Part shown: positions 37,286 through 46,009 of the stretch, piece by piece
Layout: the number at the start of each line of letters is the position of its first letter
How positions within the stretch are numbered: the first letter of the stretch is position 1
DNA from: Candidatus Magasanikiibacteriota bacterium
GTDB taxonomy: Bacteria; Patescibacteriota; Patescibacteriia; Magasanikbacterales; UBA922
NCBI GenBank assembly: GCA_016193335.1
Contig: JACPSK010000001.1
Span: 279,424-343,423 of the forward strand
Direction: 5' to 3'
Length of the DNA: 64,000 nt
Program-made: the position numbers and the translations under genes
The notes under the pieces: generated by a model
Told to the model about the DNA's origin: nothing
Databases searched by the model: none
The model's input: only the letters and a program-made list of their open reading frames with translations

Positions 37286-37400
37286 TTTTTAAACAATTTC
37301 CAATGATATAATTTTTATCCTCTACACAAAATACCTTTGCCCGAAAGATACCGTGTGGGCTCATTCATTAGAAATTAAGAGAATAAAAATTGTTTAAAAA
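37286..37400 (+). mobile_element. MITE-like element, copy R (14-bp TIRs). Inverted partner of 32760-32874
   Basis: Internal ~85 bp (ccaatgatataatttttatcctctacacaaaatacctttgcccgaaagataccgtgtgggctcattcattag...) is ~93-95% identical to the reverse complement of copy L. Confidence 0.5.
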
Positions 37401-37432
37401 TTATAAATTGTAAATTAAAAATTCTCATCTTC

Positions 37433-38839
37433 TCAATCATCATACCTCTCTCCACCTATCAAGGCGGAAACTTCTTTGAATTTTTCTTTAAATAATTCCG
37501 CGGTCCCTGCTTCAAGATTCAACCGGAGCAAAGGTTCATTGGCCGAAGGCCGCACATTAAAATGCCAGTCTGGATACGACACAGACAAGCCGTCGGTCTT
37601 CTCAAGGCGAGCGTCTGGATACATCTCTTCCATTTTTTTAAAGACAGATGAAATATCAGACACTCTAAAATTCACTTCGCCGGATATATGGTACTCGCCA
37701 AGAGATGAAATAATTTCAGACAAAGGACGTTTTTCCTTCGCGAGAATCTCCATCATGATAAGCGCAGGTATAAAACCATTGTCCATGTATTTATTGGCGG
37801 AAAAATAATAATGTCCGCTCATCTCTCCGCCAAATACCGAGACGGTCTCCCGCATCTTAGGCTTTATATAGGTGTGTCCAACCCGTTCTATATACCCCTT
37901 GCCCCCGAGTTTGTCAATCCAATTTTGTACCACTTTGGAAGCCCTCAAATCATACACGATTCCAGCACCTTTTTCCTTCTTAAGAAACTGAATGGCCAAA
38001 AGAGCGGCAATAAAATCTCCATGTATAAAATCCCCTTTTTCATCAATAAAAAAACAACGATCACAATCAGCGTCCCAGGCAATACCCAGATCTGCCCTGT
38101 GTTCTCGCACTGCCGCCATAATGGCTTCTCTATTTTTGGGCACCAGAGGATTGGGATCATGGTTGGGAAAATTTCCGTCCGGTTCAAAAAAAAGTTTAAT
38201 TATCTTAATATCAAAGCCCGCAAAAACACGCTCAGCCACCAAGCCGCCCATCCCGTTTCCGGCATCCATCACTACGGTCAATCCTCGTATAAGCTTCGTG
38301 TCTGCAAAATTTCTTACAAAAGACACATAATCTTTCCACAAATCAATCTTTTTGTAAGAAGCTGTTTTAGCGGCTGCCATTCCGCCTTTTTCTCGCGAAG
38401 ACAGAACAAAGTCGTCTGAACGCGCAATAGCTTCCAACTCTTCCATGCCAAGCCCCCTGCCGATCGGGTCCAAAACGCCTTTATCGTTCAAACGCAAAAA
38501 CTTCATCCCATTGTATTTGCCCGGCATATGAGAAGCGGTTACCATGATTCCTCCATCATAGCCGCCATGCCAAACGGCGAAATACAAAACATCAGTGGAA
38601 ACCAAACCCAAATCTTCCACCGCAACCCCTAAACTGCGAAGGCCTTCTATAAGAGCCTTTGAAAGTACGGGAGAAGACAATCTGGCGTCAGACCCGATAA
38701 CTACCCGTTTCGCGCCGGAAAATCGCACAAAAGCCCTGGCTATCAAAAAAACAGTCTCTTCAGTAAGATCCAGGCCATATTCACCCCTCACATCGTAATT
38801 TTTAAACAGACTACTCTTTAGAATTGTGTCCAAAGCCAT
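37433..38839 (-). CDS. Phosphoglucomutase/phosphomannomutase family protein (possibly GlmM-type)
   Basis: 468 aa. Active-site Ser loop GGIMVTASHMPGKYNGMKF, Mg loop DADCDRCFF, sugar-binding GGEMSGHYYF. Confidence 0.8.
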   Translation of the reverse strand: MALDTILKSSLFKNYDVRGEYGLDLTEETVFLIARAFVRFSGAKRVVIGSDARLSSPVLSKALIEGLRSLGVAVEDLGLVSTDVLYFAVWHGGYDGGIMVTASHMPGKYNGMKFLRLNDKGVLDPIGRGLGMEELEAIARSDDFVLSSREKGGMAAAKTASYKKIDLWKDYVSFVRNFADTKLIRGLTVVMDAGNGMGGLVAERVFAGFDIKIIKLFFEPDGNFPNHDPNPLVPKNREAIMAAVREHRADLGIAWDADCDRCFFIDEKGDFIHGDFIAALLAIQFLKKEKGAGIVYDLRASKVVQNWIDKLGGKGYIERVGHTYIKPKMRETVSVFGGEMSGHYYFSANKYMDNGFIPALIMMEILAKEKRPLSEIISSLGEYHISGEVNFRVSDISSVFKKMEEMYPDARLEKTDGLSVSYPDWHFNVRPSANEPLLRLNLEAGTAELFKEKFKEVSALIGGERYDD

Positions 38840-38929
38840 AATTTATTGATTTTTAATCTTAAATTAGATAGAATGGAGTATATAAAATTAAGTTGATTTA
38901 GGCAAAGCTTAAGTACGGATGGTACAGCT

Positions 38930-41521
38930 TTGCAGATCTACGTCATCCGTACTACTATGAATCCTCAAAAACTTCTGGATAACTTCTCTACTCACTTAAA
39001 AAACACCATCGCCCGCGCCATTTCTTTGGCTTCATATATACAAGAAGACCAAGTAGAGCCTGTTCATCTCCTTATAGCCCTTACACAAGAAGATGGTTCG
39101 GTTGGAATGGAGATGTTAAAAAAAACCGGTCTAACACAAAAAAGTGTCACTGAATATCTCTCGACTGCGTATCATATCTCTATCCACAAAACCCAATCCC
39201 TGGACACTGCTCGCAGTCTCCCTGAACTCAGCGAAGGATCAAGAGAAGCTTTGGAACAGGCCCTGCTTTTGGCTTATGACAGAAATCATACGTATATAGG
39301 CACAGAACATCTTTTGTACGGCCTTGTGCATGGGCACGACAAAAAAATCCAAAACATTTTTATAGCTCACCGCGTTGAATTCCAAAATATAGAGGCCATG
39401 CTCGAGGCGATTCTCGAAAATACCAGCAAACTCTCCGGCTTGAATGCCGAATCAGGAGAAAACACGACAACAGAACTCGAAAGTCCTGAAACAGACACGC
39501 CGCATATGCCGCTCCCAAGCCTCATGCCTATAATGGGCCTGTCACAAAAAAAACAAAAACACCAAGCTTCGGCGCTGGAACAATTTACCGCGGATCTTAC
39601 CGGGTCTTCCTTACAAAAAAATATAGATCCTGTGATAGGACGGGAGAAGGAGCTTGAACGCATCGTTCATATTCTCTCTCGAAGAACCAAAAATAATCCT
39701 ATTCTCATAGGAGAACCCGGAGTGGGCAAGACGGCCATAGCCGAAGGTTTGGCAAAAAAAATTAACCTCCGTCAGGTCCCTGACCTCTTAAAACGAAAAA
39801 AAATACGCTCCCTTGACCTTACTTTGCTTATAGCCGGTACCATTTACCGCGGCGAATTTGAATCCCGTCTCAAACAAGTCATAGACGAACTATCCGAACG
39901 CGACGATTGCATTTTGTTTATAGACGAACTGCACAACATCATAGGAGCCGGATCAAACCAAGGAACTCTTGACGCGGCCAATATCCTCAAACCCGCCTTG
40001 GCCAGAGGCCAGTTGCGTTGTATAGGAGCGACTACGTATGATGAATACAAAAAATACATAGCCTCTGATCCTGCTCTTGAACGTCGTTTTGAACCAATCC
40101 ACGTCAAAGAACCGGATGAAGCCCAAACATACCAGATACTCGAAGGCTTGAAACCTCATTATGAACAATTCCATCATCTGCGCATAAACACAGGCGCGCT
40201 CAAGAGAGCCGTTGAGCTGAGTTCGAAATACATCAATGACAAATTCCAGCCCGACAAGAGCATAGACCTCATGGATGAAGCCGCGGCCGCGGTTCGCAGC
40301 TCTCAAAAAGACAGCCTTTCAAAACAAAAAATAGACCTTCTCCTCGACCGCAAAATTATCGGCGAAGAAAAAAAACAAAAAGCCATACAAGAAGAACGCC
40401 TCAAAGACGCTCTCCAATATAAAAAAGAAATAACACGCTTGGAAAAACAGATACAGAGCCTGGAAAAACAAGGCTTAGAAGAAAAAAAGGGTTCTGCCAA
40501 GACTCAAGTCACTGAAAAAGATGTGATTAAGGCCCTCAGTCTCAAATTAAACATTGATGCTTCTATTCTTGAACGAGACGATTGGCAAAATATCCAAACT
40601 CTGGAAAAACGCCTAAAAAACTCAATCGTAGGCCAAGACCAGGCTATCAGACAAGTAATAAATGTACTCAAAAAATCTTATATCGGCATCAAAGACGATC
40701 AAAAACCCTTCGCTTCCCTGTTGTTCGTCGGGCCGAGCGGAGTGGGCAAAACCGAGCTTGCGAAAGCATTGGCGAGAGAACTCTACCAAGACCCCAAAGC
40801 CCTGATCAGACTCGATATGAGTGAATTTGCGGAAGCGCACAGTGTTTCCAAACTCCTCGGAGCGCCGGCCGGATATTTGGGATTCAAAGAACGCAATCGT
40901 TTTTTTGAAGAAATACAAAAACGGCCTTATTCCATTGTGCTCTTCGACGAAATAGATAAAGCTCATCCTGATGTAGCCAAACTTTTGCTCCAAATTTTGG
41001 ACGAGGGCACACTCACCGACAGCAATGGAAAACGAGTATTTTTTAAACACGCGGTCATTATTTTAACGAGCAATCTGGGTTCTGATATTTTTAAATCATC
41101 AGGGATAGGTTTCGGACAAACGGTAAAAAATGGCGCTCACGACCGCAAAGCCGTTGAATCAAAAGTGAAATCTCTGCTCAAACAAGAAATAGGGAGCTCT
41201 ATACTCAGCCGTATCGGGCAAACGCTGTTATTTTATCCGCTTGGTCAACCGGAACTCAAAATTATTGTAAAACGACATATCGCTGACATCAATAAAAAAC
41301 TCAAGAAAAAAAGAAACATGACTATAAGCGCCGACGCCAAAGCTTTGCGCTCAATCATCACCGAAAGCTATGATCAAGACAGCGGAGCCAGAAACATCCA
41401 CCAAAATGTGGACAGCATACTCAATGATCTCATAGTCAACATATTGGGCAAAGATTCAACGGAAACGAGGAAAAAACGCTATGTTTTAACCCATGAAACT
41501 CAACATTTCAAATTGATCTAA
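38930..41521 (+). CDS. clpC: Clp/Hsp100 AAA+ chaperone, ClpC-like (Clp_N, two AAA modules, short middle coiled-coil). Start may be the Met at 38957
   Basis: 863 aa. Clp N-domain repeats, D1 Walker [16 protein letters not shown] and [13 protein letters not shown]2 Walker [18 protein letters not shown], sensor/SRH regions. Confidence 0.8.
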   Translation: MQIYVIRTTMNPQKLLDNFSTHLKNTIARAISLASYIQEDQVEPVHLLIALTQEDGSVGMEMLKKTGLTQKSVTEYLSTAYHISIHKTQSLDTARSLPELSEGSREALEQALLLAYDRNHTYIGTEHLLYGLVHGHDKKIQNIFIAHRVEFQNIEAMLEAILENTSKLSGLNAESGENTTTELESPETDTPHMPLPSLMPIMGLSQKKQKHQASALEQFTADLTGSSLQKNIDPVIGREKELERIVHILSRRTKNNPILIGEPGVGKTAIAEGLAKKINLRQVPDLLKRKKIRSLDLTLLIAGTIYRGEFESRLKQVIDELSERDDCILFIDELHNIIGAGSNQGTLDAANILKPALARGQLRCIGATTYDEYKKYIASDPALERRFEPIHVKEPDEAQTYQILEGLKPHYEQFHHLRINTGALKRAVELSSKYINDKFQPDKSIDLMDEAAAAVRSSQKDSLSKQKIDLLLDRKIIGEEKKQKAIQEERLKDALQYKKEITRLEKQIQSLEKQGLEEKKGSAKTQVTEKDVIKALSLKLNIDASILERDDWQNIQTLEKRLKNSIVGQDQAIRQVINVLKKSYIGIKDDQKPFASLLFVGPSGVGKTELAKALARELYQDPKALIRLDMSEFAEAHSVSKLLGAPAGYLGFKERNRFFEEIQKRPYSIVLFDEIDKAHPDVAKLLLQILDEGTLTDSNGKRVFFKHAVIILTSNLGSDIFKSSGIGFGQTVKNGAHDRKAVESKVKSLLKQEIGSSILSRIGQTLLFYPLGQPELKIIVKRHIADINKKLKKKRNMTISADAKALRSIITESYDQDSGARNIHQNVDSILNDLIVNILGKDSTETRKKRYVLTHETQHFKLI

Positions 41522-41577
41522 AAAGCAAAAAAGACAAACACCAATATACATAATCAAAAAATCGTCCCACCAAAGCT

Positions 41578-41925
41578 ATGTCCAACGCTGAAGAACGAAA
41601 ACAAGCGGCGTCTTTCCACGCCAGCAAGCGAAAATCCACGATACACGGGACAACAGATCTTATCGTCCGTGATTCTCGAATTCAGGAAGAGATGACATTT
41701 TATAAAGAAAAATTGACAAAAGCGATAAAAGACAAAGAAATCGCCGTAGCAGAATCTTGCCTGGACAAACTCATGGGATTGAGGACAAAACAACTCGCCT
41801 TCTCTGTCGCGAAACTCAAACAAACAGGCAGAAGTCTGGACAGCAAGGCCTCACAAAAACTCCTGCTCGGCTATCAGGAAGACTGCATCGCTCTGGTTTA
41901 TAGTGTAAAGACGCTGCTGTCATAA
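41578..41925 (+). CDS. Hypothetical small helical protein
   Basis: 115 aa ORF in operon-like spacing after clpC. No recognisable motif. Confidence 0.4.
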   Translation: MSNAEERKQAASFHASKRKSTIHGTTDLIVRDSRIQEEMTFYKEKLTKAIKDKEIAVAESCLDKLMGLRTKQLAFSVAKLKQTGRSLDSKASQKLLLGYQEDCIALVYSVKTLLS

Positions 41926-41935
41926 ATAAAGGATT

Positions 41936-43867
41936 ATGCCTGTCGCGCAAAGCAAACAAGAACAAGACCTGGACAATTTATTTGCCGTGCGTTTTCTTCC
42001 TCATGTAAATAAAATACTCTCTACCTTGCTCGGCGTATTGCCCGGCCCGGATATCAAACTCTTGAGAGAACAAATAACTTCGTCCCTCACTGACACAGCA
42101 AAAATTCTCTCGAGAAAAGGACTCAAAGATGAACAAAGAGCCGCGTCATTGATGAATGTCATCAAAAATTTTGGTGCTCCGCCTCAAAATCCGGATTCCC
42201 TTGAAAATGAACTGGACGATGCTTATTCGGATTTGGAAGAAGAAGACGGAAAACAGACAGAAGAAAAAACCGAACAAAAAAACGACCAGAGAGATAAAGC
42301 CGCTCAAGAACCCGAAGACAAAACACGGGCCGAGGCAGAAGACAGCGCGGGCAGAAAAAAAACAGCTAAGCCGGCTTCAAACGCAGAGAAGCCAGACAAA
42401 ACTGGAGACCAAAAGCAAGCAGAGCATGGTCTCCCCCCTGATGATGAAGCGCAGAAACCAAAACAAGAACCTCAAAATCCAAAGTCGGACACTGCCACTG
42501 AACAAAGGGCCGCGGAATCACCTGAAACCGTACCGGCGCAACAAAAACCGGGAGAAGCGGATAGAAAACCGCCTGTTCGTGAACAGCAAAAACCAAATGA
42601 CGAACAAGAACCAGACAACGAAAAAAACAAACCTGAAGAAAAAACACCGGAAACAGAAAAAAAACCGACAGAAGACAGCCCTACAAAGAAACAAGGCGAA
42701 ACAGAACAAGAATCCTCCCGCCATCCTGCCCAAACAAGCAGTCACGAAGACACGGACGTGGTTGAACAACTAAAAAAACTAGGAGATATCAAATCAGAAG
42801 GAGAAGAAAAAGCTGGGCAAGAACCCAAAGGAACCGGTGAAGAGATTCCTGAAAGAGAAACAACGGGACAAGAGCAAAAATCTCCCGGGATTTCCACAGA
42901 AGGCAAAAACGCGGGAGATCAAGCAATTGAAAATGAAAAAGGTGATGAAGGAGATCAAGAGAATAAAGACAACAGAGGAAAAGAGCCTGAAGCAGAAAAA
43001 AAAGGGCAAGACCAAAAAAAACCTGACGCGGAGGAAGACGCCAATTCGCCGGACGCGAAAGCAAATGAACCTGAAAAAAAACCCGAGGACAAAAATGCCA
43101 AACCGGAGGATGAGGAGAATAAAGACCAGGACTTGGAAAAAGAGCTCGAGGAAGCCTATAAAGACGATGGAGAAGACAAAGAACAGCAAGGCAAAGGAAT
43201 GGAACAAGACCAAGAAGGGCAAGAAAGACCGGGAGGAAAAGGCGGACCAGGCGAGCCCGAACAGAGAGAAGCGGATGAAGAGGGAGCTCAGGACCAAAAT
43301 CAGGAAACTCAGAAGAAAATGATGCAAGAGCAGAAAAAAAGAGGACAAAACACAGAAGCCAAAATACAAGCCTTGCAAAAAAAATTGACAAAAGCTCAAA
43401 AGAAAACCGAACAAATATCCAAAAAAAGAAGCAAACCTTTTGAAAGACAACGCAGCGCGCTCAAAAAACAAAAAGCGGTTTTGCAATTAGAAAAACTAAT
43501 GATATACGTCAAGATGCTTATCGCCATTTTGTGGTGGCTTCTCTTGGCTATTCTTTGGCTTCTTGTTATTATTATATCAATCCCTCTCTTATTTTTTGTA
43601 ATCGGATTCCCCATCATGGGATTCGCGGCCAGGCAGCTGGCAACTGACACCATCAACCTATTCAAAAGACTGGCCGATTACGAAATTCAAATACAGAAAA
43701 TCAACGCGCGGATAAAAACAATAAACAATGAAATCAAAATCCTTAATAAAAAAATCATGGCTATCCAAGGAACCGCGAACAGCAAGCTCAGAGGATACAG
43801 TGAACAGATCCTGCAACAAATCCAAGAACTCCAAACGAAAGGCCTACAAAACCCTTTGACGCGATAA
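41936..43867 (+). CDS. Highly charged low-complexity (K/E/D/Q/P/T-rich) protein with C-terminal multi-helix membrane anchor and coiled-coil tail
   Basis: 643 aa. ~450 aa of KEKE/PEDK-type repeats, then LIAILWWLLLAILWLLVIIISIPLLFFVIGFPIMGF and a heptad-rich end. Many antisense shadow ORFs at 42156-43486 come from the low-complexity codons. Confidence 0.55.
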   Translation: MPVAQSKQEQDLDNLFAVRFLPHVNKILSTLLGVLPGPDIKLLREQITSSLTDTAKILSRKGLKDEQRAASLMNVIKNFGAPPQNPDSLENELDDAYSDLEEEDGKQTEEKTEQKNDQRDKAAQEPEDKTRAEAEDSAGRKKTAKPASNAEKPDKTGDQKQAEHGLPPDDEAQKPKQEPQNPKSDTATEQRAAESPETVPAQQKPGEADRKPPVREQQKPNDEQEPDNEKNKPEEKTPETEKKPTEDSPTKKQGETEQESSRHPAQTSSHEDTDVVEQLKKLGDIKSEGEEKAGQEPKGTGEEIPERETTGQEQKSPGISTEGKNAGDQAIENEKGDEGDQENKDNRGKEPEAEKKGQDQKKPDAEEDANSPDAKANEPEKKPEDKNAKPEDEENKDQDLEKELEEAYKDDGEDKEQQGKGMEQDQEGQERPGGKGGPGEPEQREADEEGAQDQNQETQKKMMQEQKKRGQNTEAKIQALQKKLTKAQKKTEQISKKRSKPFERQRSALKKQKAVLQLEKLMIYVKMLIAILWWLLLAILWLLVIIISIPLLFFVIGFPIMGFAARQLATDTINLFKRLADYEIQIQKINARIKTINNEIKILNKKIMAIQGTANSKLRGYSEQILQQIQELQTKGLQNPLTR

Positions 43868-43958
43868 AACATGACATATTGTTTTTATAAACCCCACTTT
43901 GTTCTCTATTTTCCAAAACAATATGTTTGATGGAATAAATTTGATTTAGTCATCACCT

Positions 43959-45206
43959 ATGGACAGAAAACGCCTTGTCTTTGCCCTCATATTCGCCGTC
44001 ATCAGCATACTGCTCGGTTATGCCATTTATAGGGTTTTCTTTAAAAAAATTCCGGCAGAAAAACCATTGCAGACCGGCATAACAGACACAAGCGGAACTT
44101 TCCCTGCCATAGAAAGCGGCGGCCCAAAAGAAGGAAGCATCGGTCCCACAGGATTGCCCATAAGTGACACAAAAATCACTCCGACCGGACAGGAAACCGG
44201 CGAAAGCCAGCTCCGTCTGCCACGCACGGCGAGCGGAGAAGAACCGCGTCTTAAAAAAGTAGTGGAAGCCGAGGTCTTGAGCCCCTCCCCCACCAAAAAT
44301 GGCGGAGCGAAATTTTACAACCAAGAAGATGGAAAATTCTACCGCCTCAATCCCGATGGCAGCATGACACCTCTCAGCGATAAAGTATTTTTTAATGTTT
44401 CCAAAGCCACCTGGTCGCCGTCCAACAATGAAAGTATCATCGAATATCCGGATGGTGCGAACATATACTACAATTTTGACACCGGACGCCAAGTGAGCCT
44501 CCCCAAACACTGGGAAGAATTCAGTTTTTCCCCTCAAGGAGAAAAAGTGGCTGCCAAAAGCATGGGTCTTTCTCCGGACAACCGATGGCTCATCACATCA
44601 AACCCGGACAGTTCTGAAATCAAACTGGTGGAACCTATGGGAAAAAACGCGGACAAAGTTACGGTTGATTGGTCTCCAAACAAGCAAATCGTAGCCCTGT
44701 CCAGAACAGGAGATTCTCTCGGATCAGATAGACAAGAAGTGCTCCTCGTGGGCCAAAATAAAGAAAATTTCAAATCCATCGTCGTGGAAGGCAGAGGCCT
44801 AAAGACCGCCTGGTCCGCGAGCGGCGGCAAATTGCTCCACAGCGTGTACAACGCGAGAAACGATTTTAAACCTGAGCTCTGGATCGTGAATGCGGAAGGA
44901 GACAACATCGGGTCAAACCGAAAACTTTTAAACGTAAGCACTTGGGCAGATAAATGCGCCATGCCGGATGAACGCTTTGCTTATTGCGGCGTACCGACCA
45001 CTTTGCAAACCGGAGCGGGCTTCGCGCCGGATCTTGCCAACGACACGCCGGATTTGCTTTATAAAATAGACACCGTAACTGGCATAAAAACGCAGATTCC
45101 TCTTGAAGGTTTTCACGTTATAAACAAAATCATCATATCCCCCGACGCCAAGACTCTTTATTTCACGGGTAAAAATGAAACAGGCTTAAATCAGGTAAAA
45201 TTATAG
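43959..45206 (+). CDS. Membrane-anchored TolB-like (PD40/WD40-like beta-propeller) protein
   Basis: 415 aa. N-terminal TM. Repeated W/FSP..... propeller blades (WSPSNNESIIEY, FSPQGEKVAA, WSPNKQIVAL). Confidence 0.5.
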   Translation: MDRKRLVFALIFAVISILLGYAIYRVFFKKIPAEKPLQTGITDTSGTFPAIESGGPKEGSIGPTGLPISDTKITPTGQETGESQLRLPRTASGEEPRLKKVVEAEVLSPSPTKNGGAKFYNQEDGKFYRLNPDGSMTPLSDKVFFNVSKATWSPSNNESIIEYPDGANIYYNFDTGRQVSLPKHWEEFSFSPQGEKVAAKSMGLSPDNRWLITSNPDSSEIKLVEPMGKNADKVTVDWSPNKQIVALSRTGDSLGSDRQEVLLVGQNKENFKSIVVEGRGLKTAWSASGGKLLHSVYNARNDFKPELWIVNAEGDNIGSNRKLLNVSTWADKCAMPDERFAYCGVPTTLQTGAGFAPDLANDTPDLLYKIDTVTGIKTQIPLEGFHVINKIIISPDAKTLYFTGKNETGLNQVKL

Positions 45207-45352
45207 CTGTGAAATCTCTCTTTAATAAAACAGAAATGTTGAGGAGCAGGTCTAATACTCGGTTCGGCCTTCGCTCCAGTTCGCCATTTTAAGAATGTCA
45301 ATAAACCAACGGTGAAACCCCATAACCCAAAGCCACTGCGTTACAAAGCAAT

Positions 45353-46003
45353 ATGTTAAAAACTCGTCACCTCATGTTTATTTTCATACCTGCCACGCTT
45401 TTGGCCGCCGTTTTTCTTTTCGTCCGCGTGGTGCAATATCAGCCGCTCTTTCCAAAAGAAGACAAAACCGAAAATCCGGAAAGCAAAACGCTTTCAGTGC
45501 CCATATTTCCCGATGACCCAATTCTGGGAAACAAAAAAGCCGGCACAGGAATTGTGGCTTTCGAAGATTTTGGCTGTGAAGCTTGCAAAGAGCAAACGGC
45601 TATTTTTGAAGAATTGGTAAACAAATATCCTGGCGCTATAAGAATTATCTGGAAAGGCTTGCCGGTAACACAATTCCCCTACCCCACCGAGCTCGCCGAG
45701 AGCTACGGATATTGCGCGAATAAACAAGGAATGTTCGATATTTTCAAAACCTATGCTTTCAGTAACAGCGGCAATCTTTCACAAACAAGTCTTGATATCA
45801 TTTCAGAGGAAATAAAACTGAACAAAGAAAAACTGACCGAGTGTCTGGAATCTCCCGCTACCGCAAACCACATAACGCAGACAAAACAAATTGCCCGCAT
45901 ACTCAATATTCAGGCAGTACCGGCCATATTTGTGAATGGAAAGCAAATTGATCCGCCAAAGAGTCTGGAAGGCTGGGAGACGCTTTTGGGGTTATCACAA
46001 TAA
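45353..46003 (+). CDS. DsbA-like thiol:disulfide oxidoreductase (thioredoxin fold, CxxC)
   Basis: 216 aa. N-terminal TM, active site FGCEACKEQ, DsbA-type helical insertion. Confidence 0.7.
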   Translation: MLKTRHLMFIFIPATLLAAVFLFVRVVQYQPLFPKEDKTENPESKTLSVPIFPDDPILGNKKAGTGIVAFEDFGCEACKEQTAIFEELVNKYPGAIRIIWKGLPVTQFPYPTELAESYGYCANKQGMFDIFKTYAFSNSGNLSQTSLDIISEEIKLNKEKLTECLESPATANHITQTKQIARILNIQAVPAIFVNGKQIDPPKSLEGWETLLGLSQ

Positions 46004-46009
46004 GTATCT

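Noticed and set aside
42156-43486. Several 100-230-aa ORFs on both strands (e.g. 42794..43486 -, 42837..43322 +)
   Set aside because: They are shadows of the K/E-rich low-complexity gene 41936-43867. Their sequences are poly-F/L or poly-K/R with no structure.
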